The notes beneath the pieces are model-generated. The model had not been told where the DNA came from, searched no databases, and was given only the letters and a program-made list of their open reading frames with translations. DNA of 64,000 bases, taken from IMG/VR virus record IMGVR_UViG_3300011008_002687, positions 1-64,000 of that record, one strand, 5' to 3'. The DNA is from a virus. Lineage: Duplodnaviria; Caudoviricetes. This document shows positions 9,938-19,891 of the stretch, in pieces (within the stretch, counting starts at the first letter, position 1; the number at the start of each line of letters is the position of its first letter). A program made the position numbers and the translations under genes.

Positions 9938-10561
9938 TTATTTTTCTCCTTTCTTTGCTCTCTTCGCTTTTGAAATCTGAATTTTCAAACTCGCTATGTT
10001 CGCCGCAACCTCGGCGTGATCCTTGTCGCATCCTTTGATGCCCCACCTGTTCATTACTGCGTGCTGTGACCTGCTTACCAGGAGCAGATTCGATATGTCG
10101 GTGTTCAAAGTGTCGCCGTCTGCAAATACCACTATCTTGCCCTTTGGTACCGGTCCGTTGTGCCTTTCCCATTCGAGAACGTGTTTCATTCTCCACTTGT
10201 TAGGCTCAGCCACCTTTTCCCACACATAAGGCTTTTTGCCCTTGTAGGACCTTCGCACCCTCACACTCCCTACTGGGAGATGATTTTGAGATACTTGCCC
10301 TTTCTTGAACTGGGTTTCAGCCATACGCCCTACTGTCGGTGGATGCGTTCCCTTGTTTGCAGGAACATGACCTTTTTCATACTGGCCGGTCCTTCCGGTT
10401 CTGATCTTGAACCTCTTTCCTGCAGCTCTTACCGCTGTTTCAGATAAATCACACCCATACCGCCTATTGAACTCTTCTGCCGCCTCCGGCCATGTATGAG
10501 ATAAGACATATTCTCGCAGGAAATCTTTCTCGCCTTCCGTCCACTTGTGAGGAGCTGCCAT
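9938..10561 (-). CDS. HNH endonuclease
   Basis: FKKG repeats; KHVLEWERHNGPVP...FADGDTLNTDISNL. Confidence 0.85.
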   Translation of the reverse strand: MAAPHKWTEGEKDFLREYVLSHTWPEAAEEFNRRYGCDLSETAVRAAGKRFKIRTGRTGQYEKGHVPANKGTHPPTVGRMAETQFKKGQVSQNHLPVGSVRVRRSYKGKKPYVWEKVAEPNKWRMKHVLEWERHNGPVPKGKIVVFADGDTLNTDISNLLLVSRSQHAVMNRWGIKGCDKDHAEVAANIASLKIQISKAKRAKKGEK

Positions 10562-10564
10562 TAT

Positions 10565-10804
10565 TCATCGCCCCCCCCCCCGCAAGAACTCCGGAAGTGC
10601 CGGCGTTGCTGATATGGAGTTTTCCTTAAACTGCTCCGCTTTCAGTGCCAGCGCTCCATTCTGAATAATCTGCATTGATACCCCGCAGACTGCATCTGCC
10701 CTCTTGATCTCTTCCTCCAATTCCTCGCCCTTCAAATCCTCGTCCGAAAGCCTTTCAAGCTCTGCGAACAGATGATTATTGAGGTCAACCAATGTGTTCT
10801 TCAT
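10565..10804 (-). CDS. Conserved phage protein preceding HNH gene
   Basis: MKNTLVDLNNHLFAELERL. Confidence 0.65.
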   Translation of the reverse strand: MKNTLVDLNNHLFAELERLSDEDLKGEELEEEIKRADAVCGVSMQIIQNGALALKAEQFKENSISATPALPEFLRGGGR

Positions 10805-12134
10805 TGTACCGCCTCCCATTCTCCGATGCAGGTAAGCACCTTTCTCTTCCGGATGATTACTCTCGTGCAATCCACACTTTCCGAAATCCATCCTTTTTCT
10901 GCCGCCTCGTTCAGACGGTTCCTGCACAAAAGCTCTGTGCCTACTGGTCTACCAATCCTCACATACTCCTGCTTGTCAACATCAAAGCCAAACGCTGCGT
11001 ACTCGGTATCTTCCTGGATTGCGACGCTCTCTCCTTCTAAAATTGCCAATACTTTCACTTGTTCTCTACCTCCACTAATTCTATTGTCTTTCTAATCTTT
11101 GCGACCATGCCATCTATGCCAATTCTTTCCAAAGCCTTTTCTGCAAGCTCTTTTGTGTCGTACTGCATCGCTCCGTTTAGCTTGATCGTATAATCGAAGT
11201 CGTGCTTTCTGAAATATCCTCTACTTAAATATTTCAACCTTCCATCCTTTGGAGCAACAATCACATACTTTTCCGTTATATGTTCTTTTCTTAATAATTC
11301 CATATTGCCTCCTACCACTGGATGTCAAAGCCGGTGTAATCAACCAGGGCTTTCAACTCTTCCGCAAACAGTTCCTTGTAAATTTCCTGTTTCTCTGCCT
11401 TGTTGTCGGTGTAAAAGTACAGGTTCGTATCCAGGCAGTTCACATAGTATCTGAAATCCTCTTCCGGATTCAGACGGTACCGGTTGAGCTTTTCCCACTG
11501 ATCCGCACTTTCGTCCGACATTTGTCCTGCCTTCTTTTCTTTTTTCAAGTCTGCTCTAAGTTCCTTTACCGCCTGCCCCAGTCTGTGTATTCCCTCTTTG
11601 ATTACCTCGGTCATGATATTATTCAGAGACAACTCCATACCTTTGGACTTCATCTTATCCACTATCTCGAACATATCCGCCTCTGCGTCGTCAAGCATAC
11701 TCAGATCATCAATCCCACAGTCAAGTATTGCCCGAATCAAATCATTCCTCATAGTCCACAACCTCCTCCGTAATATAAAACTTGGCGTACTTCTCGCCGT
11801 TCGTTACCTCGTAATGTCTTTCGCCTCTTTCTTCCTGCAGATAACCGCCCATAAGCAGGTAGTCCTTAGCCTTGTTATCTGCTACCTTTTCCAGTGCCTC
11901 TTTCGCCTTTCTCTCGGATGTCGTAACCAAGACGATTGTAACTCCGTCATAGTCCGGCGTGTCCCAATACCCATGCAGGATAAAGACTTTTCTCTCTCCA
12001 TTCATAAGCTGTATCACTTCCTCCGGACTCAAATTTGAATCCTCGTATTTCGCAAGCTGAGTGTAACAATCTTTCCCTGGCTTGCCTGCTCCATGACCTC
12101 CGCTCCATTCCGTATATCTTTCTTTCTCTATCAT
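10801..12134 (-). other. Four small hypothetical CDSs (10801-11058, 11055-11318, 11312-11761, 11742-12134)
   Basis: Overlapping start/stop packing with GGAGG RBSs; some starts probably lie slightly downstream. Confidence 0.6.
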
Positions 12135-12143
12135 TGCCGCCTC

Positions 12144-12431
12144 CTACAAATATGATTTTCCGTATCTCTTTCTGAACTCTTCCCTGGTTCCTATCTTCGC
12201 CTCATATATCGCTTGCCCTAACATCTTTGACAACTTCTCGGCCATCGGGTTATCGTGAATCCGTTTCAGCTTATCACCCATATTGTGACAGTCATTGCAG
12301 ATGGGAACCTTCAAACCATCTTTCTCCGAAAGCTCTCTTCCTGCGGTACCAAATATCAGATGATGCTCGCCCTCTGCCTGTCTGCCGCAAAAAAAGCAAA
12401 TACCGGTGTATTCCGTTACTATGCTCTTCAC
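12144..12431 (-). CDS. Small HNH-like zinc-binding nuclease
   Basis: CFFCG...EHHLIFG...ICNDCH. Confidence 0.65.
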   Translation of the reverse strand: MKSIVTEYTGICFFCGRQAEGEHHLIFGTAGRELSEKDGLKVPICNDCHNMGDKLKRIHDNPMAEKLSKMLGQAIYEAKIGTREEFRKRYGKSYL

Positions 12432-12772
12432 TCAGTCTCAACTCCTTTCAGCCACGCCCATTCATCCCACTTTCCGGATGCCACCAGGAAATTCCGGTAC
12501 AACTCTTCCGCTGTCAAATCAACTGTGCTTGCCTGGTCTGTCTCTGAAAATCCTTCTCTGCAGATTTCAAACCAACAATGATCGTCCTCGGTAATCTTCC
12601 CGAACCTCGTTTCCGGCAATCCTACCTGCTGAGGAACGAAATACTCTACGCAGTCACAGCAGGATATGATCTCTTCTATCTGCTCTGTCGTAAGCGTTCC
12701 CTTAATGACCGCCTCATTGTGTACCTTGTAGTTGGACGCATCTCTATACAAATACTCTACCTTTGTGTTCAT
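12428..12772 (-). CDS. Hypothetical protein
   Basis: YLYRDASNYK...DDHCWFE; RBS. Confidence 0.65.
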   Translation of the reverse strand: MNTKVEYLYRDASNYKVHNEAVIKGTLTTEQIEEIISCCDCVEYFVPQQVGLPETRFGKITEDDHCWFEICREGFSETDQASTVDLTAEELYRNFLVASGKWDEWAWLKGVETE

Positions 12773-12848
12773 CGCCGCCTCACTTTCTCTTTCCCATTGC
12801 CACCAGGAATATCAAAACCGCTACTGTCACCGCCATAACAAGCCCTCC

Positions 12849-13730
12849 TTATCCGAAAACAATCTCACCAAACAAACCGTACTGTACGATCATATCCGCC
12901 ACTACCGCATCCACCATACAACAGTCAAGTGCATATCCCTTGTGACAACCTATCGTATTATCCTGTCTGCAGAGGATGTCATACGGTTTGTCCGGATCTT
13001 CAACATATCTCTTGATGCCATTTATCAGCTTTTCCCTGTCGAGAATATACTTCTCGTCCTCTTCGCAATCGTGCAGGATAAGCCTACCGCCTCTGCTGAT
13101 CTGTTCGCTTGCGTATTCTCCCAGGTATTCGCCTTCAACCTCTGCCTCGTTGCACCAGTAATTGATGCCGCCTTCAAGTGCCGTACAAACAATGTCGTCT
13201 ATGTCCTCGTCTGTGACATTCACATCGAGAGACACCTTCAACGCCTGCTTATTCTCAGCCTCTTTTAAGGCTTTTTCAATCTCGCCCTGTTTTTCATCGG
13301 AGAGCAGTTTGAAATTCACGCCTGCGTCCATAAGGACCGTTAAGAGGCTGTCCTGCACCGTCTTGACCGTCGCCCAGTCCGGATCATCGTCCTGCGTCCG
13401 GATTCCGAACAGAGCCAGGTATTCTTCTATCACTCCCCACAAGGAGTATTCCAGTTCGTCAAGACTGCCAAGCTCTGATATATCCACAACCTCCGGTACT
13501 GTAATCAATTTTCCGTCCGGCAGGGATAGCTCCACGCTGTCAAGCTCTTCTCCAAACTCACCGCCGTTGTCTCTGTGCTGCTTAATATCCTCCAGGTCTA
13601 TGAATGGTCCCATTGCCGCCTCGGTGTTGTCATCGTACAGCTTATAACAGCCGCCCAGCTCTCCCTTCTCTAATCTTTCCTTGACCTCTTCAAAGGTCAG
13701 CTTTCTCATTCCACGCCACTTGTAACCCAT
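12849..13730 (-). CDS. Hypothetical acidic protein
   Basis: 293 aa ORF; start may be the downstream Met. Confidence 0.65.
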   Translation of the reverse strand: MGYKWRGMRKLTFEEVKERLEKGELGGCYKLYDDNTEAAMGPFIDLEDIKQHRDNGGEFGEELDSVELSLPDGKLITVPEVVDISELGSLDELEYSLWGVIEEYLALFGIRTQDDDPDWATVKTVQDSLLTVLMDAGVNFKLLSDEKQGEIEKALKEAENKQALKVSLDVNVTDEDIDDIVCTALEGGINYWCNEAEVEGEYLGEYASEQISRGGRLILHDCEEDEKYILDREKLINGIKRYVEDPDKPYDILCRQDNTIGCHKGYALDCCMVDAVVADMIVQYGLFGEIVFG

Positions 13731-13731
13731 A

Positions 13732-14142
13732 CTATTCGCCTCCTACTTCCACCCCGCATGAAGGGCATTTCTTGTCATTGGTTCCGTCCCCGAAGTCAAC
13801 CAGTTTCCCACACTTCGGGCAGTTTACCCACTCATTGTTTCTCTGCCAATCTTCCAAAAGGCTCTCCGGATGCTGCCAGTCCACTCCGTCAAATAACTCG
13901 TCTGCAAATTCTTTCTGATCGTTGCAGATATGCAGGAAGTCCTCTGCCGTATAGACCGAATCGGATAACTCCGGCACGTAGCAGGGAGCCTTTGGCCTGT
14001 TGTGGTACGCATCCCAACTCTTGAAGATGTTTCCCTGCCCCCAAAACTTTCTCTCGATCTTCGGCTCTTCGCCTTCTCTGATCTCGCAGGAACCGACATC
14101 TTCCGGATATTTCCTTTCTTCGCTCATTCCAAGAACCCCCAA
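13732..14142 (-). CDS. Hypothetical protein with C-terminal zinc ribbon
   Basis: CPKC...CPSC. Confidence 0.6.
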   Translation of the reverse strand: MGVLGMSEERKYPEDVGSCEIREGEEPKIERKFWGQGNIFKSWDAYHNRPKAPCYVPELSDSVYTAEDFLHICNDQKEFADELFDGVDWQHPESLLEDWQRNNEWVNCPKCGKLVDFGDGTNDKKCPSCGVEVGGE

Positions 14143-14399
14143 TCTTCATAATCGAGCCAAATTGTATCTCCCTCGTCCGGCTCAAACGGCTCGTCGCATA
14201 CAATGGTGCCGAAAAAGTTTACCATTATCCCCGGACGCATCCTGCAGGGGATTCCGTCGCTGTCGCCGTCGGCCACTTCGTACATATACTTACCCTCCGG
14301 GGTCGTGTTTCTGTCTATTCTCATATCATTAAACAGGCACTCCTTACCCTTGACCTCAACTCTCTGCCAATGTTCCTTGTTATAATCCAATCTTTCCAT
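14124..14399 (-). CDS. LPD28-like (polyvalent-protein-associated domain) protein
   Basis: LFNDMRIDRNTTPEGKYMYEV...VNFFGTIV. Confidence 0.6.
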   Translation of the reverse strand: MERLDYNKEHWQRVEVKGKECLFNDMRIDRNTTPEGKYMYEVADGDSDGIPCRMRPGIMVNFFGTIVCDEPFEPDEGDTIWLDYEDWGFLE

Positions 14400-14401
14400 G
14401 C

Positions 14402-15402
14402 TCAATCTCCTATGAAATAACAGCTCAAATTCCAATGATGCCCCATTTCGTAGTACAGCCCGTACTTCTCGAAAATCGCATCAAATCTTCTCTTTACATC
14501 CGGTGCCGTCCCGTAGTAAATCATCCCGCAGGCCGGTCCCTCAAAACTCATGCTCAGGATGTGGTCCGGATTCACATACTCAAAGTAAACCTCCGGCTCT
14601 ACTCCTTCCTCAATTTTCAGATAGTCCTCTTCGTTGTAGTGAAACTCTCCTGTCTCTTTATCCCAGGGACTAATCCTCTTGTGGTCGTAGTAGATGTCCA
14701 CATCCTGCCACATACCATAATGGAGCAGGAACTTTCTTAGCTCCATTGCCAGTTTCTCGATCCTCTTAACCGGCATCCTACTGGTTGTCTGCATTGTCCT
14801 CGCCCTCCATCTTCAAAACTTCTCTGTACTCATGCTCGATTGTGGTCTCGCCGCCATAGTTGCTTGCGCTCCATCCGTCAAGTCCGTTGCCCTCGATGCT
14901 GAAATAATCATCGTCGCCCACATAAATTCTTACGCCCTGCTTGATGTCGTACTTCTCGGCCAATTCCCGGAGCCTTTTGACTTCCGGGATAGCCTCCTTG
15001 AAAAATCCTCTTGCCTTCTCTGCGTTCATGCTGATCTCGTTCATACCGCTACCTCCTTGATTCCTGTGATTGATGCACCTACCAGGTGCCATTGCTCGAT
15101 GTATCTCTTGCCAATCCTTCGTGCCTCGCTGATACTATTCGCCTCACACTTCATAGGCTGATTACATCCGGATTCCTCGTCGTAAATCCATACCTCGTAT
15201 TTCTTCAATCCTGGACCTCCTTCACTTCCCAACCATCAATTTCCCTACGCAGCATCTTGTAAACCTCGACGACATCCTCAACGGATAAGCCTCTGATTTC
15301 CACCATTGCAAGCAGCTCTCCGAGTACCACGCCGTTCTGCAGGTACTCGGTCCGAATCTGCTCAAAGGCTTGCTGCATATTCTCCGCAACAATTACCTTC
15401 AT
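14402..15402 (-). other. Four small hypothetical CDSs (14402-14794, 14778-15092, 15041-15232, 15205-15402)
   Basis: Coupled ORFs with RBSs; starts approximate. Confidence 0.55.
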
Positions 15403-16040
15403 ACTTCCTCTGCCTCCTTCTCGGCTTTCTTTGCTCTCGGCTTTCTTGCCGTTGCTTTCTTCTCTCCTGCAGGCTTGCGGCCTCTCTTCGGCTTTTCTTC
15501 CTTTTCCGGATCAGCAGGTGTCTCTTCTACTACCTCTTCCTTTACTTCCTCCGTAGGAGCCTCCATCTGTACCTCTGCCTCCGGCTTGGTCTCTGTCGCC
15601 TGCTCCTGCAATCTCTCCTGCAGCTTGTAGCGCTTACGGATGGACTCAATCATAATCGTAAGCTCCTTATTTACCTCGCCTACCTCTTCCTCTGTCAGTC
15701 CTGCGATCTTCTCTCTGTCCGTAAACCACATCTGAGCCTGGTCTAACGCTCCGCCGATAATTCTCTTCGCCTTGTCGTGCTTAACATCCCACTTCATACT
15801 GTTTTTCCTCCTGCTTTCCGCATATTCTTTTACTATTGTTTTGCCTTGTTCTATCGCCTCCGGAATGTCCGTTCCGATCTGCCGGTAGAAATCCGGATGT
15901 ACGATACACTCATAGGCTCGTGCCATCTTGTCTCTTTCTTCCTGCGTCACTCCGATATGAAAATCCTTCGCTATCTGCAACGCTTTCTTCCAGTCCTGCT
16001 TTTGGACTGCCTCTCTTACGATGTCCGACTTCTTAATCAT
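15399..16040 (-). CDS. Hypothetical protein with acidic then Lys-rich tail
   Basis: KPKRGRKP histone/AT-hook-like tail. Confidence 0.6.
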   Translation of the reverse strand: MIKKSDIVREAVQKQDWKKALQIAKDFHIGVTQEERDKMARAYECIVHPDFYRQIGTDIPEAIEQGKTIVKEYAESRRKNSMKWDVKHDKAKRIIGGALDQAQMWFTDREKIAGLTEEEVGEVNKELTIMIESIRKRYKLQERLQEQATETKPEAEVQMEAPTEEVKEEVVEETPADPEKEEKPKRGRKPAGEKKATARKPRAKKAEKEAEEV

Positions 16041-16207
16041 TCATCATCACCAAACCCCGGAATCTCTAACAATTCCTTTTCAATCCACATCTGCTCACCC
16101 TGCAGGTCTATCTTTACCATGTGTCTGCCGGTCTGAATAACCGTTGCCAGTGGTCCTATGTCCGGTATCTTTACCATTGTTCCTACTGCCATAAGCTCTA
16201 CCTCCTA

Positions 16208-16393
16208 TCAGTAACATTCAACGTGCATCGTGTCCGCATCGCATATAACAATCCCGTCATATCCGTTTTCTATTGCGTGTGCCTCAGCCTCGTCCTCGTC
16301 ATCCTCATAGGCTACTGCCTGCTGAGGATGCTCCGGATCGTACAGTCTGTATGCCTTCATAAATGGGATCCACTCTGCTTTTAACTTTGCCAT
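16208..16393 (-). CDS. Hypothetical protein
   Basis: Start MAKL directly after the upstream stop. Confidence 0.5.
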   Translation of the reverse strand: MAKLKAEWIPFMKAYRLYDPEHPQQAVAYEDDEDEAEAHAIENGYDGIVICDADTMHVECY

Positions 16394-16394
16394 C

Positions 16395-16547
16395 TCACTG
16401 ATCCATCCTTTCTGCATTGATAATTGCCAGCACCACCACTCCATTTATTACAATCGCAAGCAGGTTTCCGGCTTTCATTCCGTTTGCCATGCCCCCAAAA
16501 AAATTGATGAAGAGCAGCGCTGTCAAGATTCTTCTAATCTTTTTCAT
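16395..16547 (-). CDS. 50-aa membrane protein (absent from ORF track)
   Basis: GGAGG RBS; MKKIRRILTALLFINFFGG...LLAIVINGVVVLAII. Confidence 0.6.
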   Translation of the reverse strand: MKKIRRILTALLFINFFGGMANGMKAGNLLAIVINGVVVLAIINAERMDQ

Positions 16548-16627
16548 TGCCTTTGACCTCCTTCTGTGTTAAACTTAACGAATGAGGGCGGGCTTTCCGC
16601 CCCCACCGTTAAGGAACTGCCGTTCAG

Positions 16628-16795
16628 TTAGTTGCCGATCCAGTTAAGCACCGCCGTAATGATTGCTAATACAACCGTTACTATGGTGGCTATGATAGTT
16701 GTCAGGCTCTCATAGATTTCAAATCGGATTTTACGCTGTTCGAGCAGTTCTTTTTCTGTCTTACCCTTGCTGTCTTTCCGTTTCTTCTTTCCCAT
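16628..16795 (-). CDS. 55-aa single-TM protein (absent from ORF track)
   Basis: AAAGGAGG RBS; basic N-terminus, TIIATIVTVVLAIITAVLNW. Confidence 0.65.
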   Translation of the reverse strand: MGKKKRKDSKGKTEKELLEQRKIRFEIYESLTTIIATIVTVVLAIITAVLNWIGN

Positions 16796-16828
16796 ATGGT
16801 GGGCCTCCTTTCTTCGGATTTAATCAAG

Positions 16829-16901
16829 CATTTGTTTTGTTTGATTATGTATATATTATACTTCGCAACTGCGAGTTTGTCAATAGTTTTACTTCTCAAA
16901 A
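16829..16901 (-). promoter_or_regulatory. Consensus sigmaA promoter with palindromic operator (copy 1)
   Basis: TTGACA (16883-16878), 17 bp, TATAAT (16860-16855); 72/73 identical to 8737-8809. Confidence 0.9.
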
Positions 16902-17086
16902 TGCAAATATTTTTACTTCTCGGCTCTCAACATCGAATTTATAAGGAAATAGGATCAAAAATCGGGTTAAAGTTGGCTCAATGTTGGTGCAGTACCAGGT
17001 GCATCACAGGCTCAATTTTGGCTCAATTTTTCCCTGCTGATTTTCTACAAACCGTTGTAGTTAAAGGATTTCGCAGATTTTGCTTA

Positions 17087-17262
17087 GGACATTTGTCCGG
17101 ACACTTGTCGGACATTTGACAGACTTTTCTCCACCATAATTAGAGATAGAGATAGAGTATAGAGATATATACATATATGGTCATTTAGACAAATGACCGC
17201 CTTTGTTTTTTTCACTCTCAATAGCGAGTTTATCCACACAAAAATGTGGATATTGTGAACAA
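17087..17262. other. Putative replication origin (iterons, AT-rich tract, DnaA boxes)
   Basis: Three GGACAYTTG repeats, GAGATA repeats, TTATCCACA at 17230-17238 plus two 1-mismatch boxes. Confidence 0.6.
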
Positions 17263-17461
17263 TTCAGCTCCTTATCTTTCCCAAAATATCATATAGGTCT
17301 AAAACTTCGTACACGCCTCAATACCGAGCTTTTCTTCTTAGGCATAGGATAGGTACCAAAATCGTCTATCGTTGCTCAAGCACATTTCGTCAATTTACCC
17401 GGTCAAATTTTGGTTATTTTGTATATTGATTTTTACCTCTGACTTGCTCCGCATTTTCGGG

Positions 17462-17498
17462 CAAAAAAATAAAGCCCCCGGCCATTTTGGCCGAGGGC
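17462..17498 (-). terminator. Intrinsic terminator ending the late operon
   Basis: GCCCTCGGCCA-AAA-TGGCCGGGGGC followed by TTTATTTTTTT. Confidence 0.85.
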
Positions 17499-17533
17499 AA
17501 AGTCTTTTGTTCCCGAAATAAATGTCGGGAGCA

Positions 17534-17707
17534 TCACTCTTCCGAGTTGATAAATTCCTTACAGTCCAATTCCCGGTACGCCTTCTCAAAGGTTTCCTTC
17601 GGACTCCAGGAGGTATAGCCGTCCGGATATTTTACCCGGTACCCAGGCTTGCCGTTTTTCTCTTCCGGCTCAGCCTTCACAATTTTAACGCCGATGTAGT
17701 TCTTCAT
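17534..17707 (-). CDS. Small conserved phage protein
   Basis: MKNYIGVKIVKAEP...YPDGYTSWSPKETFEKAY. Confidence 0.7.
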   Translation of the reverse strand: MKNYIGVKIVKAEPEEKNGKPGYRVKYPDGYTSWSPKETFEKAYRELDCKEFINSEE

Positions 17708-17718
17708 TGTCTCTCCCC

Positions 17719-19236
17719 TTATTTTTTCAGATACCCGCTGTGGCTGAATCCGGTATAGAGAACGCCGTCGATTGCCACCTGGATATACAGCCACTTTGCT
17801 CCGTTCAGAACGCTATAATAGCCGTAGCAATTTACGCTTGTCCCCTTCGGGATCAGTGCCAACGCCTTCTTACTGGTGCCTGCTCCGTTCCGGATGTATA
17901 GGTCTGCAGTCGTCTTGTAGGTTCCGGCCAGTTTGGAATCCAACTTCTGAGCGTACTCCGTAGCCGTTACCTTTTTCTCTGTCGGCTGACTCTGATCCTG
18001 GGTGTCGGTCTTAGGCTTAGCCGCTGATCCGTTCAGAATCTCGTTTACCTTTGCCTGGACAGCATTGTAATCATAGCCCGCCTCAGTGAGTCTCTTCTTT
18101 CTTGTGTCGCCGGTACCCCATGCGCCTGCGATAACCTCACGTGCCAATGTCTCAACATCCTTCTTGGCCGTCTGCTGAGCAGGTGCAGTAACCGCATTAT
18201 CGGTGTACTTCGGAGCGATAAAGCCTCTGATAAACTTTCCATTGATGGCAATGGTACGCTTTTTCACTGAATTGCTGTAATTGCCCTCGACAACCACAAA
18301 GTAACCTGCAGACTGGTAAACCTCCGTAACGGTACCCACATGATCCGGGGAGCCGGTATTGTCGCCCGAACCGCTGTCCTGCCAGTCATAGAGAACTGCG
18401 TCGCCAGGTTTCGGAACATATCCGTCATTCTCCACCCAAACGCCCATTTTCTTCGCCTGCTCAACCAGGTAGTAGCAACTGATCTCCACCGGCATGATTG
18501 CCGTATATCCGAGCTTGACCGCAAGTGCCGACCAAGTGCAGGCGCACCACGCCCAACCGTACTGCATCTTGGTACCTCTCGGAAAACTTTTCTGCGTGTT
18601 GTAAATGTCGATAATGGACTTATAGCTGCCATCAGATTCTTTCTTGCCGATCCAACTGTTGATAAGGTCCACTACCTTCTGTCTTGAATATCCCATAACT
18701 GATCCCTCCTGTGTGCCGGTTCCTCCGGCGTACTTGTCATAATAGGTCTGACCGTAGCCGGCCCTCTTCGTCTTTACCGCCGTACTCATATCTGCAGAAC
18801 GCTCAAACTGCGTCAAAACGGCGTCGCTTGCAGCTTGCAGGCTACTTGTGCTTTTCAACAAAGTAAACAAAGATTTGTAACCGGAAAGCTCCTTCATTAA
18901 GAAATCAAGCTGCGTTTCCAAATCCCCGATGCTCTTCTTTGCTGCCTTGTGGAAATTGAGCATATTCTGCTTTCTGCTCCAATAAGTCCACTGTGCCAGG
19001 CCATACCCTGCACTATCCTTCACAAAATTACCATAGGTGCCGTTGTCAACCGCCGCCGTATAGCTCTCGTCAGTATATCCCAAGGACTTCTCGTAGCTGT
19101 TCTGCAGATTGTTCGGTCTGAGACCGCTTTCCGCATAGAGATTTCCCATAAGACCGGCTGCTCCTGCTTTGGTTAAGCCCTTACCTAAAAGGTAATTCCA
19201 AATCTTTTCCTCATTCGTGTTACCTTTAAGTGACAT
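17719..19236 (-). CDS. Modular endolysin (lysozyme-like + CHAP + Cpl-7 + SH3-like)
   Basis: GNLYAES/GYGLAQWT; WCA...HVG...EGN; LAREVIAGAWGTG. Confidence 0.88.
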   Translation of the reverse strand: MSLKGNTNEEKIWNYLLGKGLTKAGAAGLMGNLYAESGLRPNNLQNSYEKSLGYTDESYTAAVDNGTYGNFVKDSAGYGLAQWTYWSRKQNMLNFHKAAKKSIGDLETQLDFLMKELSGYKSLFTLLKSTSSLQAASDAVLTQFERSADMSTAVKTKRAGYGQTYYDKYAGGTGTQEGSVMGYSRQKVVDLINSWIGKKESDGSYKSIIDIYNTQKSFPRGTKMQYGWAWCACTWSALAVKLGYTAIMPVEISCYYLVEQAKKMGVWVENDGYVPKPGDAVLYDWQDSGSGDNTGSPDHVGTVTEVYQSAGYFVVVEGNYSNSVKKRTIAINGKFIRGFIAPKYTDNAVTAPAQQTAKKDVETLAREVIAGAWGTGDTRKKRLTEAGYDYNAVQAKVNEILNGSAAKPKTDTQDQSQPTEKKVTATEYAQKLDSKLAGTYKTTADLYIRNGAGTSKKALALIPKGTSVNCYGYYSVLNGAKWLYIQVAIDGVLYTGFSHSGYLKK

Positions 19237-19249
19237 AGAACTCGCCTCC

Positions 19250-19564
19250 TTACTGCTTTTTCGCCAAATTCATTGCATAAACCGCAGACTCGATCAAGGC
19301 GTTTAGCTGATCGTCGGAAATGGAGAGGTTCTTTGCCTCCAACTGCTTTTTCAGAAACTCCGTAACGATGGCTTTCTTCTCTGCCCCGCTACCCTTGCCG
19401 ATAGTCTGCTCCGCATACTGTACCGCAGCGGTCACAATATCCATGAGGATCTGATTCTTGGCAAGGTCCGTATTCTCCTTTATCCAGGGAATCACATACC
19501 TCATTGCCACCATGATCGAGATGATGATTACCGCTTTCAGTACCTCAAATAAAATCTCATTCAT
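19250..19564 (-). CDS. Holin, LL-H-like
   Basis: N-terminal TM; AVQYAEQ...GAEKK...LIESAV. Confidence 0.8.
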   Translation of the reverse strand: MNEILFEVLKAVIIISIMVAMRYVIPWIKENTDLAKNQILMDIVTAAVQYAEQTIGKGSGAEKKAIVTEFLKKQLEAKNLSISDDQLNALIESAVYAMNLAKKQ

Positions 19565-19877
19565 TGTCTGCCTCCGCTTCTTCCGTTTTTCCGGATAATT
19601 CTTTTCTGTCCTCTACCTCCCACTGTCGCTCTCTTCGCCGGTCTTTCGTGGTTCTGATCCATCCGCAGATGCCGCACTCGCCTATCGTGGCCGCAATAAC
19701 GGCGCAGGCGTATGTTTCCGGGATTGTTCCCTGCTCCCGGAAGATACAAAGCATCTGCCAGTTAAACCACACGAAAAAGGCACCGACAACAATCAATACG
19801 ATGTTGAGGGTGCCTATCTTTCCGAACCAGTTTTTGATTGCTCTCAGAGGGTGGCGCTCTTTGATGCTTTTCCGCAT
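19557..19877 (-). CDS. Two-TM lysis-cassette membrane protein
   Basis: Hydrophobic segments; position in cassette. Confidence 0.6.
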   Translation of the reverse strand: MRKSIKERHPLRAIKNWFGKIGTLNIVLIVVGAFFVWFNWQMLCIFREQGTIPETYACAVIAATIGECGICGWIRTTKDRRRERQWEVEDRKELSGKTEEAEADNE

Positions 19878-19891
19878 AGCTCTTTAACCTC

